Assembly (NCBI GenBank): GCA_019058445.1
Contig: JAHPZA010000006.1
Span: 96,001 to 160,000, forward strand
DNA length: 64,000 nucleotides
Direction: 5' to 3'
Origin: Promethearchaeota archaeon
GTDB lineage: Archaea > Asgardarchaeota > Lokiarchaeia > Sigyniarchaeales > SOKP01
Part shown: in pieces, positions 30,526 through 40,865 of the stretch
Layout of the letters: the number at the start of each line of letters is the position of its first letter
Position numbering within the stretch: the stretch's first letter is position 1
Made by a program: the position numbers and the translations under genes
Notes under the pieces: model-generated
Seen by the model: only the letters and a program-made list of their open reading frames with translations
Database searches by the model: none
Told to the model about the DNA's origin: nothing

Positions 30526-31053
30526 TTATTCTTCTACAGGAATTTCTACTAAAGAGAGGATTTCATAACCTTTTAACTGATCTCTTCCATGTAAACTTCC
30601 CGTAAGCTCAATGACAAAAGCAACTCCTTCAACCTTTCCGCCTGATTTTTCTACTAAATTACAAGCAGCTTTTGCAGTACCTCCAGTTGCCAATAAATCA
30701 TCAAAAACCAGTACTTTATCCCCTTCTTCAATCGCATCAATATGCATATGTATAGAGTCAGTACCGTATTCGAGTTGATAACTTTCACTTATAGTCTTAT
30801 ATGGTAATTTTCCTGGTTTTCTAATTAAAACAAAACCAGCACCTAACTCATATGCGATTACTCCTCCAAATACATATCCTCTGGCTTCTATTGCCACAAC
30901 TTTATTAATCCCCCGATTTTTAAAATGATCTATAATTCTATCACATGCTTCTTTAAATGGAGCATGAGCTTTACAAAGAGTAGTTATATCTTTAAATTGA
31001 ATCCCTTCTTTCGGCCAATCTGGTACATTTCTTATATGTTGTAACAAATCCAT
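30526..31053 (-). CDS. apt: Adenine phosphoribosyltransferase
   Basis: PDWPKEGIQFKDIT, EARGY, RKPGKLP, LEYG and VFDDLLATGGT. Confidence 0.95.
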   Translation of the reverse strand: MDLLQHIRNVPDWPKEGIQFKDITTLCKAHAPFKEACDRIIDHFKNRGINKVVAIEARGYVFGGVIAYELGAGFVLIRKPGKLPYKTISESYQLEYGTDSIHMHIDAIEEGDKVLVFDDLLATGGTAKAACNLVEKSGGKVEGVAFVIELTGSLHGRDQLKGYEILSLVEIPVEE

Positions 31054-31371
31054 TCTGAAATCAACATTAAATTTAATTAGTTTTAATTTAAGTAAATTAA
31101 AAATTCTATTTAAAATCCAATTATCTCATATCTTAAAAAGACGAAAACTTAGAAATATTAAGCTTTATTATTATTCTTTTTTAATTTAAGAGTAATTCTG
31201 AGTTTTTAATTAATTATGAGGTTTACTACAGATTAATTAACTAAAATTGAAAAAAAAAAGAATAATTGATATCTTCATCTTAATTAATTACAAAAAATTA
31301 AATAAAAATTAAGTCATAAGAAATATATTAGAATTATTATTATTATAAATACTATTTAGAGTTATACTCCT

Positions 31372-32331
31372 ATGAAAATTCTACTATTTGGTCCTCAGAA
31401 TGCTGGTAAGACTAGTTTAATGCGAACTACTTGCTTAGGATATAATTTCATGAAAGTTGCGAATTTAAAACCAACTAAGGGTATATCCAGAGAAAATTTT
31501 ATTTTCCGCGGGATAATGGAATTGAATGTATGGGATGCTGGTGGTCAAGAACGATATTTAGAGAGATACTTTTCCGAATCGCAAAGAGAATTAATCTTTT
31601 CGGAAGTTACAACCGCAATTTTTATGGTTGATTCTTCAGTAGTAGATTCAAGAGGGAGAGAAATCTTTAATAAATTTCTGGAATATATATACGAGTTTAG
31701 TCCTCATCTGGAAAAAGTGTATGTATTACTAAATAAAATTGATTTACTAGAATCAAAAGAAGATGATGTTTTTAAATTATTATCCACTGATTTAGCTGAT
31801 AATATTAGATATAAAATCGCATTTACTCCGGTCTCTGTTAAGGAAGGTAGTGCCCAACATAGATTAATTGAAATCTTAGATTACGAAATTCAGAAATCAA
31901 CTCTTTCTATGCAGAGATTAGGGAGAATTAGATTTTTACTCGATCAATTAAAAATGAGCACGTTATCAGAATATCTTTTATTTAATCAACCAGATGGGCT
32001 ATTAATTTCGTCTACTTTTGGTAAATTTGAAAGCTTAAAACCATTAGAATTTATGAAATTCGAGATGGGAACCTTAGACTCAAATTTATATGTGATATAT
32101 CAGAAAATTATGGAATTATTAAATATGCAAAACCTATCTCCATTGGCACTATCCACTATAGTATTTGAATCCGATGTTTGCTTTGTTCTTGTTAAGGAGG
32201 TTAGTGAGAGTGCTGTTATTATGGCAGTTACTAAAAATAAGAAAATGGATGTCTTCTCCAGTGTAATTAATGCGTTGACTGGAGATAGTTTTAACGATTT
32301 AAAAGAATTTATGACTAAACCGCAATTCTAA
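31372..32331 (+). CDS. RagA/Gtr1-like GTPase with a C-terminal roadblock-like domain
   Basis: KILLFGPQNAGKTS, LNVWDAGGQERYLERYF..QRELIF and NKID; C-terminal LFNQPDGLLISST...VLVKEV..AVIMAVT. Confidence 0.85.
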   Translation: MKILLFGPQNAGKTSLMRTTCLGYNFMKVANLKPTKGISRENFIFRGIMELNVWDAGGQERYLERYFSESQRELIFSEVTTAIFMVDSSVVDSRGREIFNKFLEYIYEFSPHLEKVYVLLNKIDLLESKEDDVFKLLSTDLADNIRYKIAFTPVSVKEGSAQHRLIEILDYEIQKSTLSMQRLGRIRFLLDQLKMSTLSEYLLFNQPDGLLISSTFGKFESLKPLEFMKFEMGTLDSNLYVIYQKIMELLNMQNLSPLALSTIVFESDVCFVLVKEVSESAVIMAVTKNKKMDVFSSVINALTGDSFNDLKEFMTKPQF

Positions 32332-32423
32332 ATAGCATTAAATGGAATATTGAACTTAGTTCTAAAAAATTTAAAAATAAAAAATAGAATTTAAGAAAAT
32401 TTATTTTGCTTATACTTTTTCAA

Positions 32424-33263
32424 TTAGGCTTCTTTTTCATGTAATTTTCTTTTCGTTAGCAGGTGTTGTTTTGCGTGATGTGGTCTTCTTAAGACAGTAT
32501 CATTAGATTTTTCGATCTCCCTTGCTTGATCACACATTTTGGCTGCAGTAGACATCATCTCGTGAGCAGCAGCTAGTAAAGGCATGTATTCTTCTCTTTC
32601 TTTAAGTTGAAAACATGCTTTCCCTGTTACTTTAGACACTGAAGAAGCAAGCTCAAAAGCAGCTAACGCTTTCGCTTCCGCATATGGATTAGAAAATCCG
32701 GCAGCTTTAACTGCTTTTGTAGCATCTACAATAATTTTTGGCAAGGAAGGAGCTTTCCCCTCCAACATATCCATTATAACTTTGTTTAATTCTTCAGCTA
32801 TAACGCTAAGGGCTCCTGTTATGGCAAGTACTTTTAACAAATCAGAGTTAAACACACTCATTTCAATAGGATCTAAAAAAGGCCTTCTCGCACCAATCAT
32901 AGAATCACAATTTACTAAAATGTATCCCATCCCTTTTTCAGTAATTTCCTCCACTGCTTTCTTGGCTGGTGCATCAGAGATAATAATAGTAGGAATACTT
33001 CCAGCCATATCTCTTGCAGCTTTTGGTCCTTTAAGAGCTGCATTAGGAGATGACATTAAAATCAATTCAGGTTCCCATTTTAATAAATCTTTCATCGTTT
33101 CCGTACACATCTCTGGAGGATGCATCTTTGCTCCAGAAGTCACCTCGTATACATTAATTCTCGTAGCTTCAGCTCTTTCATCCATTAAAAACGCAAGTAA
33201 TAGAGAAGACCCAATTGTTCCATTTTTCAAAATTCCGATTTTTAATACTTTTCCTTCGCTCAT
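32424..33263 (-). CDS. mtd: F420-dependent methylene-H4MPT dehydrogenase
   Basis: KIGILKNGTIG, DERA, SGAKM, SPNAALKGP, DSMIGARRPFLDPIEMSVFN, AAAHEMM and VLRRPH. Confidence 0.93.
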   Translation of the reverse strand: MSEGKVLKIGILKNGTIGSSLLLAFLMDERAEATRINVYEVTSGAKMHPPEMCTETMKDLLKWEPELILMSSPNAALKGPKAARDMAGSIPTIIISDAPAKKAVEEITEKGMGYILVNCDSMIGARRPFLDPIEMSVFNSDLLKVLAITGALSVIAEELNKVIMDMLEGKAPSLPKIIVDATKAVKAAGFSNPYAEAKALAAFELASSVSKVTGKACFQLKEREEYMPLLAAAHEMMSTAAKMCDQAREIEKSNDTVLRRPHHAKQHLLTKRKLHEKEA

Positions 33264-33420
33264 TTTTCATTACACTATTTTTAATTGATATTGAAGTTTT
33301 AAAATATAAATTTCTATTTCTTCTATTTAATTTTGCACTATTTTTATTTTTTTTTTAAAATTTTATATAAAATGAAATCTATTAAAAATAGTAATAATTG
33401 AAAATCTAAAAAAAAGTTGA

Positions 33421-34326
33421 ATGATGATGGAATTAAATGGAGTAGAAATTGAAGATACATATTGTGAAGCATTTGGAGGATTCTTTGCTCGAGTTTTAGT
33501 GACCGCTATCAATGAAAATTGGGCCAAAATTGCGGGTTTAATAGCCACGGGTTACGGAACTTCAACAATTCACTGTGATGCTGAAGCAGCAATCGATGTT
33601 ATGGTACCCGCTAACCAAACCCCTGATAATAGGCCAGGCGCTGCTTTAATGTTCTTCATTTCGGATAAAAAGAAAGTTGGCAACGTAGTAATGAACCGTT
33701 TAGGACAATGTGTTTTGACATGCCCCACGACCGCGTGTTTTGATGCTATGAAAGGATCACTGGATCCAGAAAAAATATTTGACATAAAGATCGGAGAAAA
33801 TTTAAGGTATTTCGGTGATGGTTTCGAAGAGAAGGATGGCAACATATGGAATATTCCAGTTATGGATGGGATTTTTAAATGCCAAGACATGATGAAAGTT
33901 GGTAAAGGTATTGCAGGAGGAAATTTCCTTATAATTGGAAAAGATCAAGCATCCACTTTAAAAGCTGCTGAAGCTTCAATAGATGCAATTAAGGATCTTG
34001 AAGATGCAATAGCCGCATTCCCAGGTGGTATTGCAAGATCTGGTTCAAAAGTAGGTTCTAAATATAGTTTCCTAGGTGCTTCAACAAACGACGCATACTG
34101 TCCAGCTTTGAGAGAAAAATCTGAGAATACAGCACTCAAAGAGGGGGATAACTGTGTATACGAAGTTATCTTAGATGGAGCCACTGAAGATGCATTAAAA
34201 ATGGCAATGAAATTAGGAGTTGAAGCTGCTGTTAAAGTTTCCGGCGTAAACCGGATTTCTGCAGGAAATTACGGAGGTAAGCTAGGAAAATTTCAATATC
34301 ACCTAAAAGATGTCTTAGGATTATAA
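33421..34326 (+). CDS. ftr: Formylmethanofuran:H4MPT formyltransferase
   Basis: NGVEIEDTYCEAF, TPDNRPG, GQCVLTCPTT, FGDG, GIAGGNF, SGSKVGSKY and SAGNYGGKLG. Confidence 0.95.
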   Translation: MMMELNGVEIEDTYCEAFGGFFARVLVTAINENWAKIAGLIATGYGTSTIHCDAEAAIDVMVPANQTPDNRPGAALMFFISDKKKVGNVVMNRLGQCVLTCPTTACFDAMKGSLDPEKIFDIKIGENLRYFGDGFEEKDGNIWNIPVMDGIFKCQDMMKVGKGIAGGNFLIIGKDQASTLKAAEASIDAIKDLEDAIAAFPGGIARSGSKVGSKYSFLGASTNDAYCPALREKSENTALKEGDNCVYEVILDGATEDALKMAMKLGVEAAVKVSGVNRISAGNYGGKLGKFQYHLKDVLGL

Positions 34327-34367
34327 ATTCGAAATTCAAAAAAAAAATAAAACAATTTTTTTCTTTA

Positions 34368-36095
34368 TTATAATTTTCTTTTTATTTTTCGCTTAGGAGC
34401 AGGTTTTTTAGGTTCTTCTTTCTCAGATACCTTTTCAATTTCTTTTTCAACGCGTTTTGGCTTAGCTGGAGTTGGTTTTTCTTCAGTGGGTTTTTTTGCG
34501 GGTTTTTTCTCCTTCTTAATAGGTATTTTCTCTTCTAAGGGTTTATATTTTGCATATTTTGATTTACCTGTATGATAACCCACTCCAATACCGACAATTA
34601 TTCCTATGATCGAACCGACTACTAACGTAATCCATGGTAAGATGTCTGAAATTAAATCAGGAACAACTGTTATTTGTTGGGGACCAGTATCAAAATCATC
34701 ATCGAGATCGGTGGTTTCACCATCCGTATCAGTAACAGAGACGTAAACAGTCCAAGTTCCAGAGCTTAAATCTTCTGTTCTAATGGTTAATTCAGAACCA
34801 CCATCTTCATATGCTACAGAAGCTTCATATTCATCCTTTTCGTCAGCCATTGGATCTTCCAAAATAAGTTCCACAGTAATATAGGAAATTCCCTCAACAT
34901 CACTCACATCAAAATCGAATTCCAAATCATCACCATAAGGAACCGAAATTCTTTCATCAGTATCAATATCATTAATCTCGTATCCATCTATATCTGGAGC
35001 ATTATTTTTTATTAATACTCCAGTATTTTGAACAGTCACCCCTCCATTGCCATCATCAGCAGTAAACTCAACATTATAATTTCCTTTAGGTCGGCTTCCA
35101 TCTATCGTAAAGTTCCCTTCAAAGACATTACCTTGGCTATTAAATAATTCGGGATTATCAATCGTAACTGTTTGACCATTTGTATCAGTTATTTTCATAT
35201 TAACTCCCTGCATATCACTTTCCTTATCACTAGCATTTAATGTCACAACACAAAATTCTTCTCTAAAAACTGAGCTTGGGCTAAATTTAATATTACTAAT
35301 TACCGGATCCGAATTCTTGATAAAAAATCCAAAATAATCTGCATGCCAAGTAGTCCAAAAATCTTCTGTCAAATTTACTGCAACATAATAATAGCTATTA
35401 ACACGGTCAAAACTCTCATCTATAGTGAAGTTAATTTGAAAGGGATTTTTCGTAAATTCTTGAATTATATGTTGTTGAGATGCAGTAGTGGCATTTACAA
35501 CTAGGATCTCCCAATCATAGTTATCAGATTCGTCAATTGCAATATCAGCAACTACTTCCTCATCTCTATAATATTCACTACTATTAAATCCAACCATGCT
35601 AGTAGATCTTATTGTAAAATTTGTATAGGTTGTTTGAGTATTTAAAAGGTAATTTGTAGAATTACGGATTTCAAAGCTTACTCTTTGTAATCCTAATGGA
35701 GCATTTCCCCTTGGAGTGTATGTATATGTAAAATTTTTATTAGTTCCTGGGATATATGACATGTTAAAAAGCGAATCCGAGTTGTTAGTAAAGTATATCC
35801 TCATATAGGTCTTATTTGCAGCTAAAAATCCAGATACATTAACGGTTATATTAATTGATTGAAATCCCCGACGAATTATTGTAGTATTTCTAAATATTGA
35901 GGAATAATTTAGAGTATTTACTCCATTTGCGGATTTTAACTTATCTTTTCGATCTAAAAATTCACTATCTTGACCAACATATCTAAAATTGTCACTATCC
36001 TTATTATTCTCTGCTGAGAGCAGAGCAATACCCAGAAAAGTATTGAATACCAGTAAAAAAAAGAGCACAATGCAAAATGTTTTTTTTTTATTCAT
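34368..36095 (-). CDS. Type-I membrane surface protein with Ig/cadherin-like repeats
   Basis: N-terminal signal/TM, beta-rich repeats with NxxP..DxD..TADDGNG / SVTDTDG, many NxS/T sequons, a C-terminal TM and a Lys/Pro/Glu-rich tail. Confidence 0.75.
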   Translation of the reverse strand: MNKKKTFCIVLFFLLVFNTFLGIALLSAENNKDSDNFRYVGQDSEFLDRKDKLKSANGVNTLNYSSIFRNTTIIRRGFQSINITVNVSGFLAANKTYMRIYFTNNSDSLFNMSYIPGTNKNFTYTYTPRGNAPLGLQRVSFEIRNSTNYLLNTQTTYTNFTIRSTSMVGFNSSEYYRDEEVVADIAIDESDNYDWEILVVNATTASQQHIIQEFTKNPFQINFTIDESFDRVNSYYYVAVNLTEDFWTTWHADYFGFFIKNSDPVISNIKFSPSSVFREEFCVVTLNASDKESDMQGVNMKITDTNGQTVTIDNPELFNSQGNVFEGNFTIDGSRPKGNYNVEFTADDGNGGVTVQNTGVLIKNNAPDIDGYEINDIDTDERISVPYGDDLEFDFDVSDVEGISYITVELILEDPMADEKDEYEASVAYEDGGSELTIRTEDLSSGTWTVYVSVTDTDGETTDLDDDFDTGPQQITVVPDLISDILPWITLVVGSIIGIIVGIGVGYHTGKSKYAKYKPLEEKIPIKKEKKPAKKPTEEKPTPAKPKRVEKEIEKVSEKEEPKKPAPKRKIKRKL

Positions 36096-36114
36096 TAATT
36101 AATCTCCAAAATGC

Positions 36115-38949
36115 TTATCTTCGTAATAATTTAAATTTTATCTCCTTATTTTTATAATACAAAATAACACTCACGGGAATAATAATAGGAAGTATATAAA
36201 ATAATAGCAAATTAATAGCTGATAATTGAATTTCTGACTCGAAGTACTCCTCAACAATAACGTCGTCGTCGTTATCTTCTAGTTCAATATGAAATCTTTT
36301 GTAACCAAATTCATAAGGATTAATTGTTGGTAACACATCAACTTCTATTCTATTCTCTCCTGGAGGGAGTTCCTCTATATCAGTATCAATTTTATCATCA
36401 TTAATTAATAACGTAAACTCTTGAGAACTTTCTTGGTTGTTTTTAATTATTAAAATTAACTTTGCCGACTCTCCTTGTACTACTTTTTCAGGATATTTTA
36501 TACTAACAATTTCAAATTTTGATAAGATATTAACCGTTAAAATTTCACTTTTAATTACAGTGCTTCCTTTTAAAATTTTCATAGTAATTCCAAATGAATC
36601 AACATCAGTCCCACTAGATATAGAAATCCTTAGTAACACAGTTCTAATTTCACTCTCATCTAGCGTATATGAAAATAACCTGGTGCCTACAACGAATTCT
36701 CCCGTAAAAGTTACGTTTAACGATTGGTTATCAGCTATTAAATAATTAATTAGTTCAAAGGAAACTTGGATACTATTACCTGGTACAACATATTTATTAT
36801 AAAGCAGATTTGAATAAGTAAGAGCATCAGATATGAAAAAAGAATCCATATATTCTAAATAAAGAATCGTTCCATCCATGAATATAATACTCAATGCTCT
36901 TGATCCATTTACAGCGGAGGTTATTGCTGAGATATTTAATTGAATTAAAGTTTCAGAGTTATTTGCGAACACTAAATCAGTTAGGGTATAATTAATGGCA
37001 CCAAAGGCTTCCACAGATACGTTTAGCGTTAGATTGTAGTTATATAGGCTTTTGATCGTAATATTAAAATCTCGAGTTTGACCTTGATAAAACTCATCAA
37101 CTTCATCAATCTCATCTAAACCTATTACCTCTTTAACCTCTAAACCAGATATGACATTGAATGTTTTATTCGCGAAAGCTACACCAAAATATGTCGAATT
37201 AGCTTTAATATTAATTGTATAACCATTACCAACGGGTAGCGAATCTGTTATCGGATAAATCAATGTTGTTGTATTATCTTGGATATCATTTCTAATCACT
37301 TCTATGATTGTTCCATTAGGATAACGAAAAATATAAGTGATAACTCCCCCAGTAATATCATTATATCTAGTGAGATTTGTTCCCGGAGTTGTTGGGTGGT
37401 ATGAATAGCGGATTTCCTTTTCAAATGCATAATCGCAAGTTATATTAATAGCATCTTGATTAAAAATGTAATCTTGCGGGTCAGTGATATTAAATGTAGC
37501 GTCTAAGACAGTACTATTGTAGATGCCAAGGGCATTCAAATAAGCCTCTGTTAATCTTAAGTTAGAGGTAAGGTTTATATTTGTATTGTCACTTGATACT
37601 GGATGAAAGGATGTGATATATGCATTATGCGAGGCGTCATACATTCGATTTTCAAAGGTTCTATATATTTCAATTGCTCTATCATAATAGGTTATATTCC
37701 CGGTAACTTCAAATAGTTTTAAGCAAGCTTGCATCCATAGAGCATTTGCTTCTAAATCATATCGATTATATGGATCAGTATTGGGTAATAAGTCAGACCA
37801 ATCAAAATTTGAAGCATATCGAGAAACATTATCAGCCCCTTCCCATAAGTTGTCATATATAAGATTATAAATTCGGGTTGCATTTTTAAAATATAATGAA
37901 TGTACATTCATCTCTTCATTTTCAATCCAATAATTCAGTAAAGCAAGTATTCCTAGTGCATTTACATCTAGATATTTAAAATCATTCCCAGGTAAGACAT
38001 TCCAATTATTACGGGCAGCTTTATAAAAACCTCCTTTTTGGTTGTCCCACATTTTCTCTATAAGAGTTTCCATCACAGAATTCGCAATGTCAAATGCATC
38101 ATCACCACTAAAAATGCTACTTTGAAAACCGTTTCGATAAAGATGATAATATGCCAGTATTGTATAAAAGTTGCTTTTCATTTGGTAAATACTTCCAGTC
38201 GATGTGGAATTATAATCCAAGAAACCATTATCTGTTGTATTATAGAATAAGGATGAGTTAACTAGAAGTAATGTTTCTTCTAATGAATCTTTGGCATTTG
38301 CTCCGTTATAAGTGATATCCTCTAAATTTTCTTTACCATCTCCTACTAATAAATAAATCGGCATTACATTATCAATTAAATACCTATTACTATCTGTAAT
38401 ATCACCTGTGATCCCATCTACTGTACCTACAAAGCCATATTCAAATTGGCCTGTATCGTTTTTATACCAAAGTGGAGTAGTTTTTAATTTAGAATATGCT
38501 TCAAAGGTCTCATTTTGACCATAATTAAAATCTAATAATGAATTGTATATTAGAAGGTTATCCAAGGAATACACTCCATTATCAATAGGGTTATCTCCAG
38601 CATCTTTTGCTCTTATATAAGTTGAGATGTCATAGTCTGTTAAATCAGAACGAAAGCTAGTATTGAAATAATGCCATATAGAGCTAAAATTAATTGTAAA
38701 AGGATCTTGAAGTTCATTAGGATCATCTGCCGTTTTTGGAAATAATGGATTAAATTCTGTAATAAAATCAGTATTATCATTTATTCTAGATTTATTAGAT
38801 AAATCAAGTTGATTGTTTTGATTCTGTATAAATATAAAATTTGAAATAATCATGAATCCTAAAAAAAAGATGATTATAATTTTTTTTGCGATTCTCTTTT
38901 CAATATATCTCTTTCTATTTCCTAAAGAAGGATTTTTAAAAAAATTCAT
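36115..38949 (-). CDS. Large membrane-anchored surface protein: six-hairpin (alpha/alpha)6 glycosidase-like domain plus Ig-like domains
   Basis: Helical repeats such as MWDNQKGGFY, KYLDVNALGILAL, LFEVTGNITYYDRA and MYDASHNAY; beta-sandwich C-terminal half; N- and C-terminal TMs. Confidence 0.7.
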   Translation of the reverse strand: MNFFKNPSLGNRKRYIEKRIAKKIIIIFFLGFMIISNFIFIQNQNNQLDLSNKSRINDNTDFITEFNPLFPKTADDPNELQDPFTINFSSIWHYFNTSFRSDLTDYDISTYIRAKDAGDNPIDNGVYSLDNLLIYNSLLDFNYGQNETFEAYSKLKTTPLWYKNDTGQFEYGFVGTVDGITGDITDSNRYLIDNVMPIYLLVGDGKENLEDITYNGANAKDSLEETLLLVNSSLFYNTTDNGFLDYNSTSTGSIYQMKSNFYTILAYYHLYRNGFQSSIFSGDDAFDIANSVMETLIEKMWDNQKGGFYKAARNNWNVLPGNDFKYLDVNALGILALLNYWIENEEMNVHSLYFKNATRIYNLIYDNLWEGADNVSRYASNFDWSDLLPNTDPYNRYDLEANALWMQACLKLFEVTGNITYYDRAIEIYRTFENRMYDASHNAYITSFHPVSSDNTNINLTSNLRLTEAYLNALGIYNSTVLDATFNITDPQDYIFNQDAINITCDYAFEKEIRYSYHPTTPGTNLTRYNDITGGVITYIFRYPNGTIIEVIRNDIQDNTTTLIYPITDSLPVGNGYTINIKANSTYFGVAFANKTFNVISGLEVKEVIGLDEIDEVDEFYQGQTRDFNITIKSLYNYNLTLNVSVEAFGAINYTLTDLVFANNSETLIQLNISAITSAVNGSRALSIIFMDGTILYLEYMDSFFISDALTYSNLLYNKYVVPGNSIQVSFELINYLIADNQSLNVTFTGEFVVGTRLFSYTLDESEIRTVLLRISISSGTDVDSFGITMKILKGSTVIKSEILTVNILSKFEIVSIKYPEKVVQGESAKLILIIKNNQESSQEFTLLINDDKIDTDIEELPPGENRIEVDVLPTINPYEFGYKRFHIELEDNDDDVIVEEYFESEIQLSAINLLLFYILPIIIPVSVILYYKNKEIKFKLLRR

Positions 38950-39174
38950 TTAACCTTTTTCAATCTAATATCGTAACTTTTCACAGAAGTTATATTTTTT
39001 AAATTTTTAAGATTTTAAAAATTTATTAAAACTTTTATCTCTTTTTTAAAAAAACTGTCTATTTGAGAAAAGTTATATACACAAACTAATGTTAGATTAC
39101 ATAAAATTTGCTATATAATCTTATCTCTAGACTCTTTAGTAAATTTGTTTCTGAAGCGTATAGAAATAGAGAGT

Positions 39175-40677
39175 TTAAGGTGTAATATTTAAAAGCTTAT
39201 CATTTATTACTTCTGGAACTTTTGAAATTTCTATTCTTCGTTGTTTCATAGTATCTCTCTCTCTAATTGTGACTGTGTTATCCTTAAGTGATTCATAGTC
39301 AATAGTAATGCAGAAAGGAGTCCCTAACTCGTCTTGTCTACGATATCTTTTTCCTATTGAGCCTGCAGCATCAAAAAAAGAGCTAATTCGATGTTTTAAC
39401 AAATTTTTATGTACATCTATTGCGATTTTTCTAATACTTTCTTTATTCTTTACAAGGGGAAACACCGCAACTGTGTTTGGGGCTAAAGTTGGATTCAATT
39501 TTAAGTTAATCCTCCCGTCTTCTACATTAAATGCGGTTTCAAGTAAAGTATATATAATTCTATCTGGTCCAAAAGCAATCTCAAGAATTTGAGGGATCTC
39601 CTTATTTTTAGGATCTTGTCCCATAGGAACCTCAAAATTTTGGTTAGAAAATTCTCCATGACGTCTGAGGTCATATTCAGTCCGATCATGTATTCCACAA
39701 ATTTCTACCCAACCAAATTGATTGGTTTTAATTTCCAAATCCCATGCATCATCTGCATAATGAGCTCTCTCATTTGGAGAATGTTGCCTAAGCCTAATTA
39801 CTTCCTCAGGATATCCTAATATTTTAGTTAAATAGTATCCAAGATAAATACAGTACGCATAGGCAGGTTTCTTAAGAATATTATCGTTAAGTGCTTTCTC
39901 TAAAGAAATAGTATTAGGAATATCAATGTTTTCTTCTTGTAATCTCCAATTAAGTAAAGGTAATTCATATGTTTTTACCTCGTTAAAGTCCTCATAGTCC
40001 ATTTCCTGCTCTTTTCCAATGAATAATTGAAGTTCAAATTGATCAAAAGCTCTCATTCGAAGAACTTGTTGTCTTGGAGATATTTCATTCCTGTATGCCT
40101 TCCCATATTGAAAGATTTTAACAGGGTATTGCCTTCTGGCATCTTGATCAAGTCGATTAAAAAGTAAATACGTAGTTGTTGCTGTCTCTGGACGGAGATA
40201 AGCAATATTTCCAGCCCCTACTTCAGTTTTTAGCATAAGATTATATTCTTCGATCTTTTCAAATGGTGTATCACATTTCGGACATGAAATATTATTTTTA
40301 TCTATTAATTCCTCCATTTTGTCATATGACATCCCATCAATCATTAGATCTGGGAAGAGATCTTGAAGAAATTTGTCAGCACGCTGCATTGTATCACATT
40401 TCTTGCATTTTAACACAGGATCTATAAATCTTTCCAGGTGGCCTGATGCTTTCCATACAATTTCTGGCATAATAGTTGGACATTCGACTTCTCCAAAACC
40501 AAATGCGCGAAGTTCCTGCCTAAAAAGTGATAAAACTTTGTTTTTAAGAGCCATACCTGCAGGACCATATGAATAAAATCCTGCAAGCCCCCCATAAATT
40601 TCTGGTGAGGGCCCCCATATAAATCCCCTCCTTTTTAACAAAGAATTAAACGTCTCTATAGTGTTGTCAATTTTCAT
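39175..40677 (-). CDS. glyS: Glycyl-tRNA synthetase (alpha2, archaeal/eukaryotic type)
   Basis: EIYGGLAGFYSYGP, YLRPETA, GKAYRNEISPRQ, ERAHYA, IEIAFG-like motif 3 and GSIGKRYRRQDELGTPFCITID. Confidence 0.95.
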   Translation of the reverse strand: MKIDNTIETFNSLLKRRGFIWGPSPEIYGGLAGFYSYGPAGMALKNKVLSLFRQELRAFGFGEVECPTIMPEIVWKASGHLERFIDPVLKCKKCDTMQRADKFLQDLFPDLMIDGMSYDKMEELIDKNNISCPKCDTPFEKIEEYNLMLKTEVGAGNIAYLRPETATTTYLLFNRLDQDARRQYPVKIFQYGKAYRNEISPRQQVLRMRAFDQFELQLFIGKEQEMDYEDFNEVKTYELPLLNWRLQEENIDIPNTISLEKALNDNILKKPAYAYCIYLGYYLTKILGYPEEVIRLRQHSPNERAHYADDAWDLEIKTNQFGWVEICGIHDRTEYDLRRHGEFSNQNFEVPMGQDPKNKEIPQILEIAFGPDRIIYTLLETAFNVEDGRINLKLNPTLAPNTVAVFPLVKNKESIRKIAIDVHKNLLKHRISSFFDAAGSIGKRYRRQDELGTPFCITIDYESLKDNTVTIRERDTMKQRRIEISKVPEVINDKLLNITP

Positions 40678-40865
40678 TTTGTATTATAACTCAATTCTAT
40701 TAGTAAGAAAGAATAAACCATAATTTTTTTAGTTTCATATTTTAAGTATTCTCGAAAAAATTAATATTTAAAAAAGATAAATAGATTATTATAATCAAAA
40801 CTCTAAATTTAATTTATTAAATTAGAAACATTAAAAATATTGTAAATTTTAACGAGTGATTTATT

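Noticed and set aside
32782-33288. 168-aa + strand ORF
   Set aside because: Antisense shadow of mtd with no motifs.
24387-34326. mch/mtd/ftr as evidence for methanogenesis
   Set aside because: No mcr or mtr genes are present in the window. These enzymes belong to the archaeal Wood-Ljungdahl methyl branch already known in Asgard archaea.
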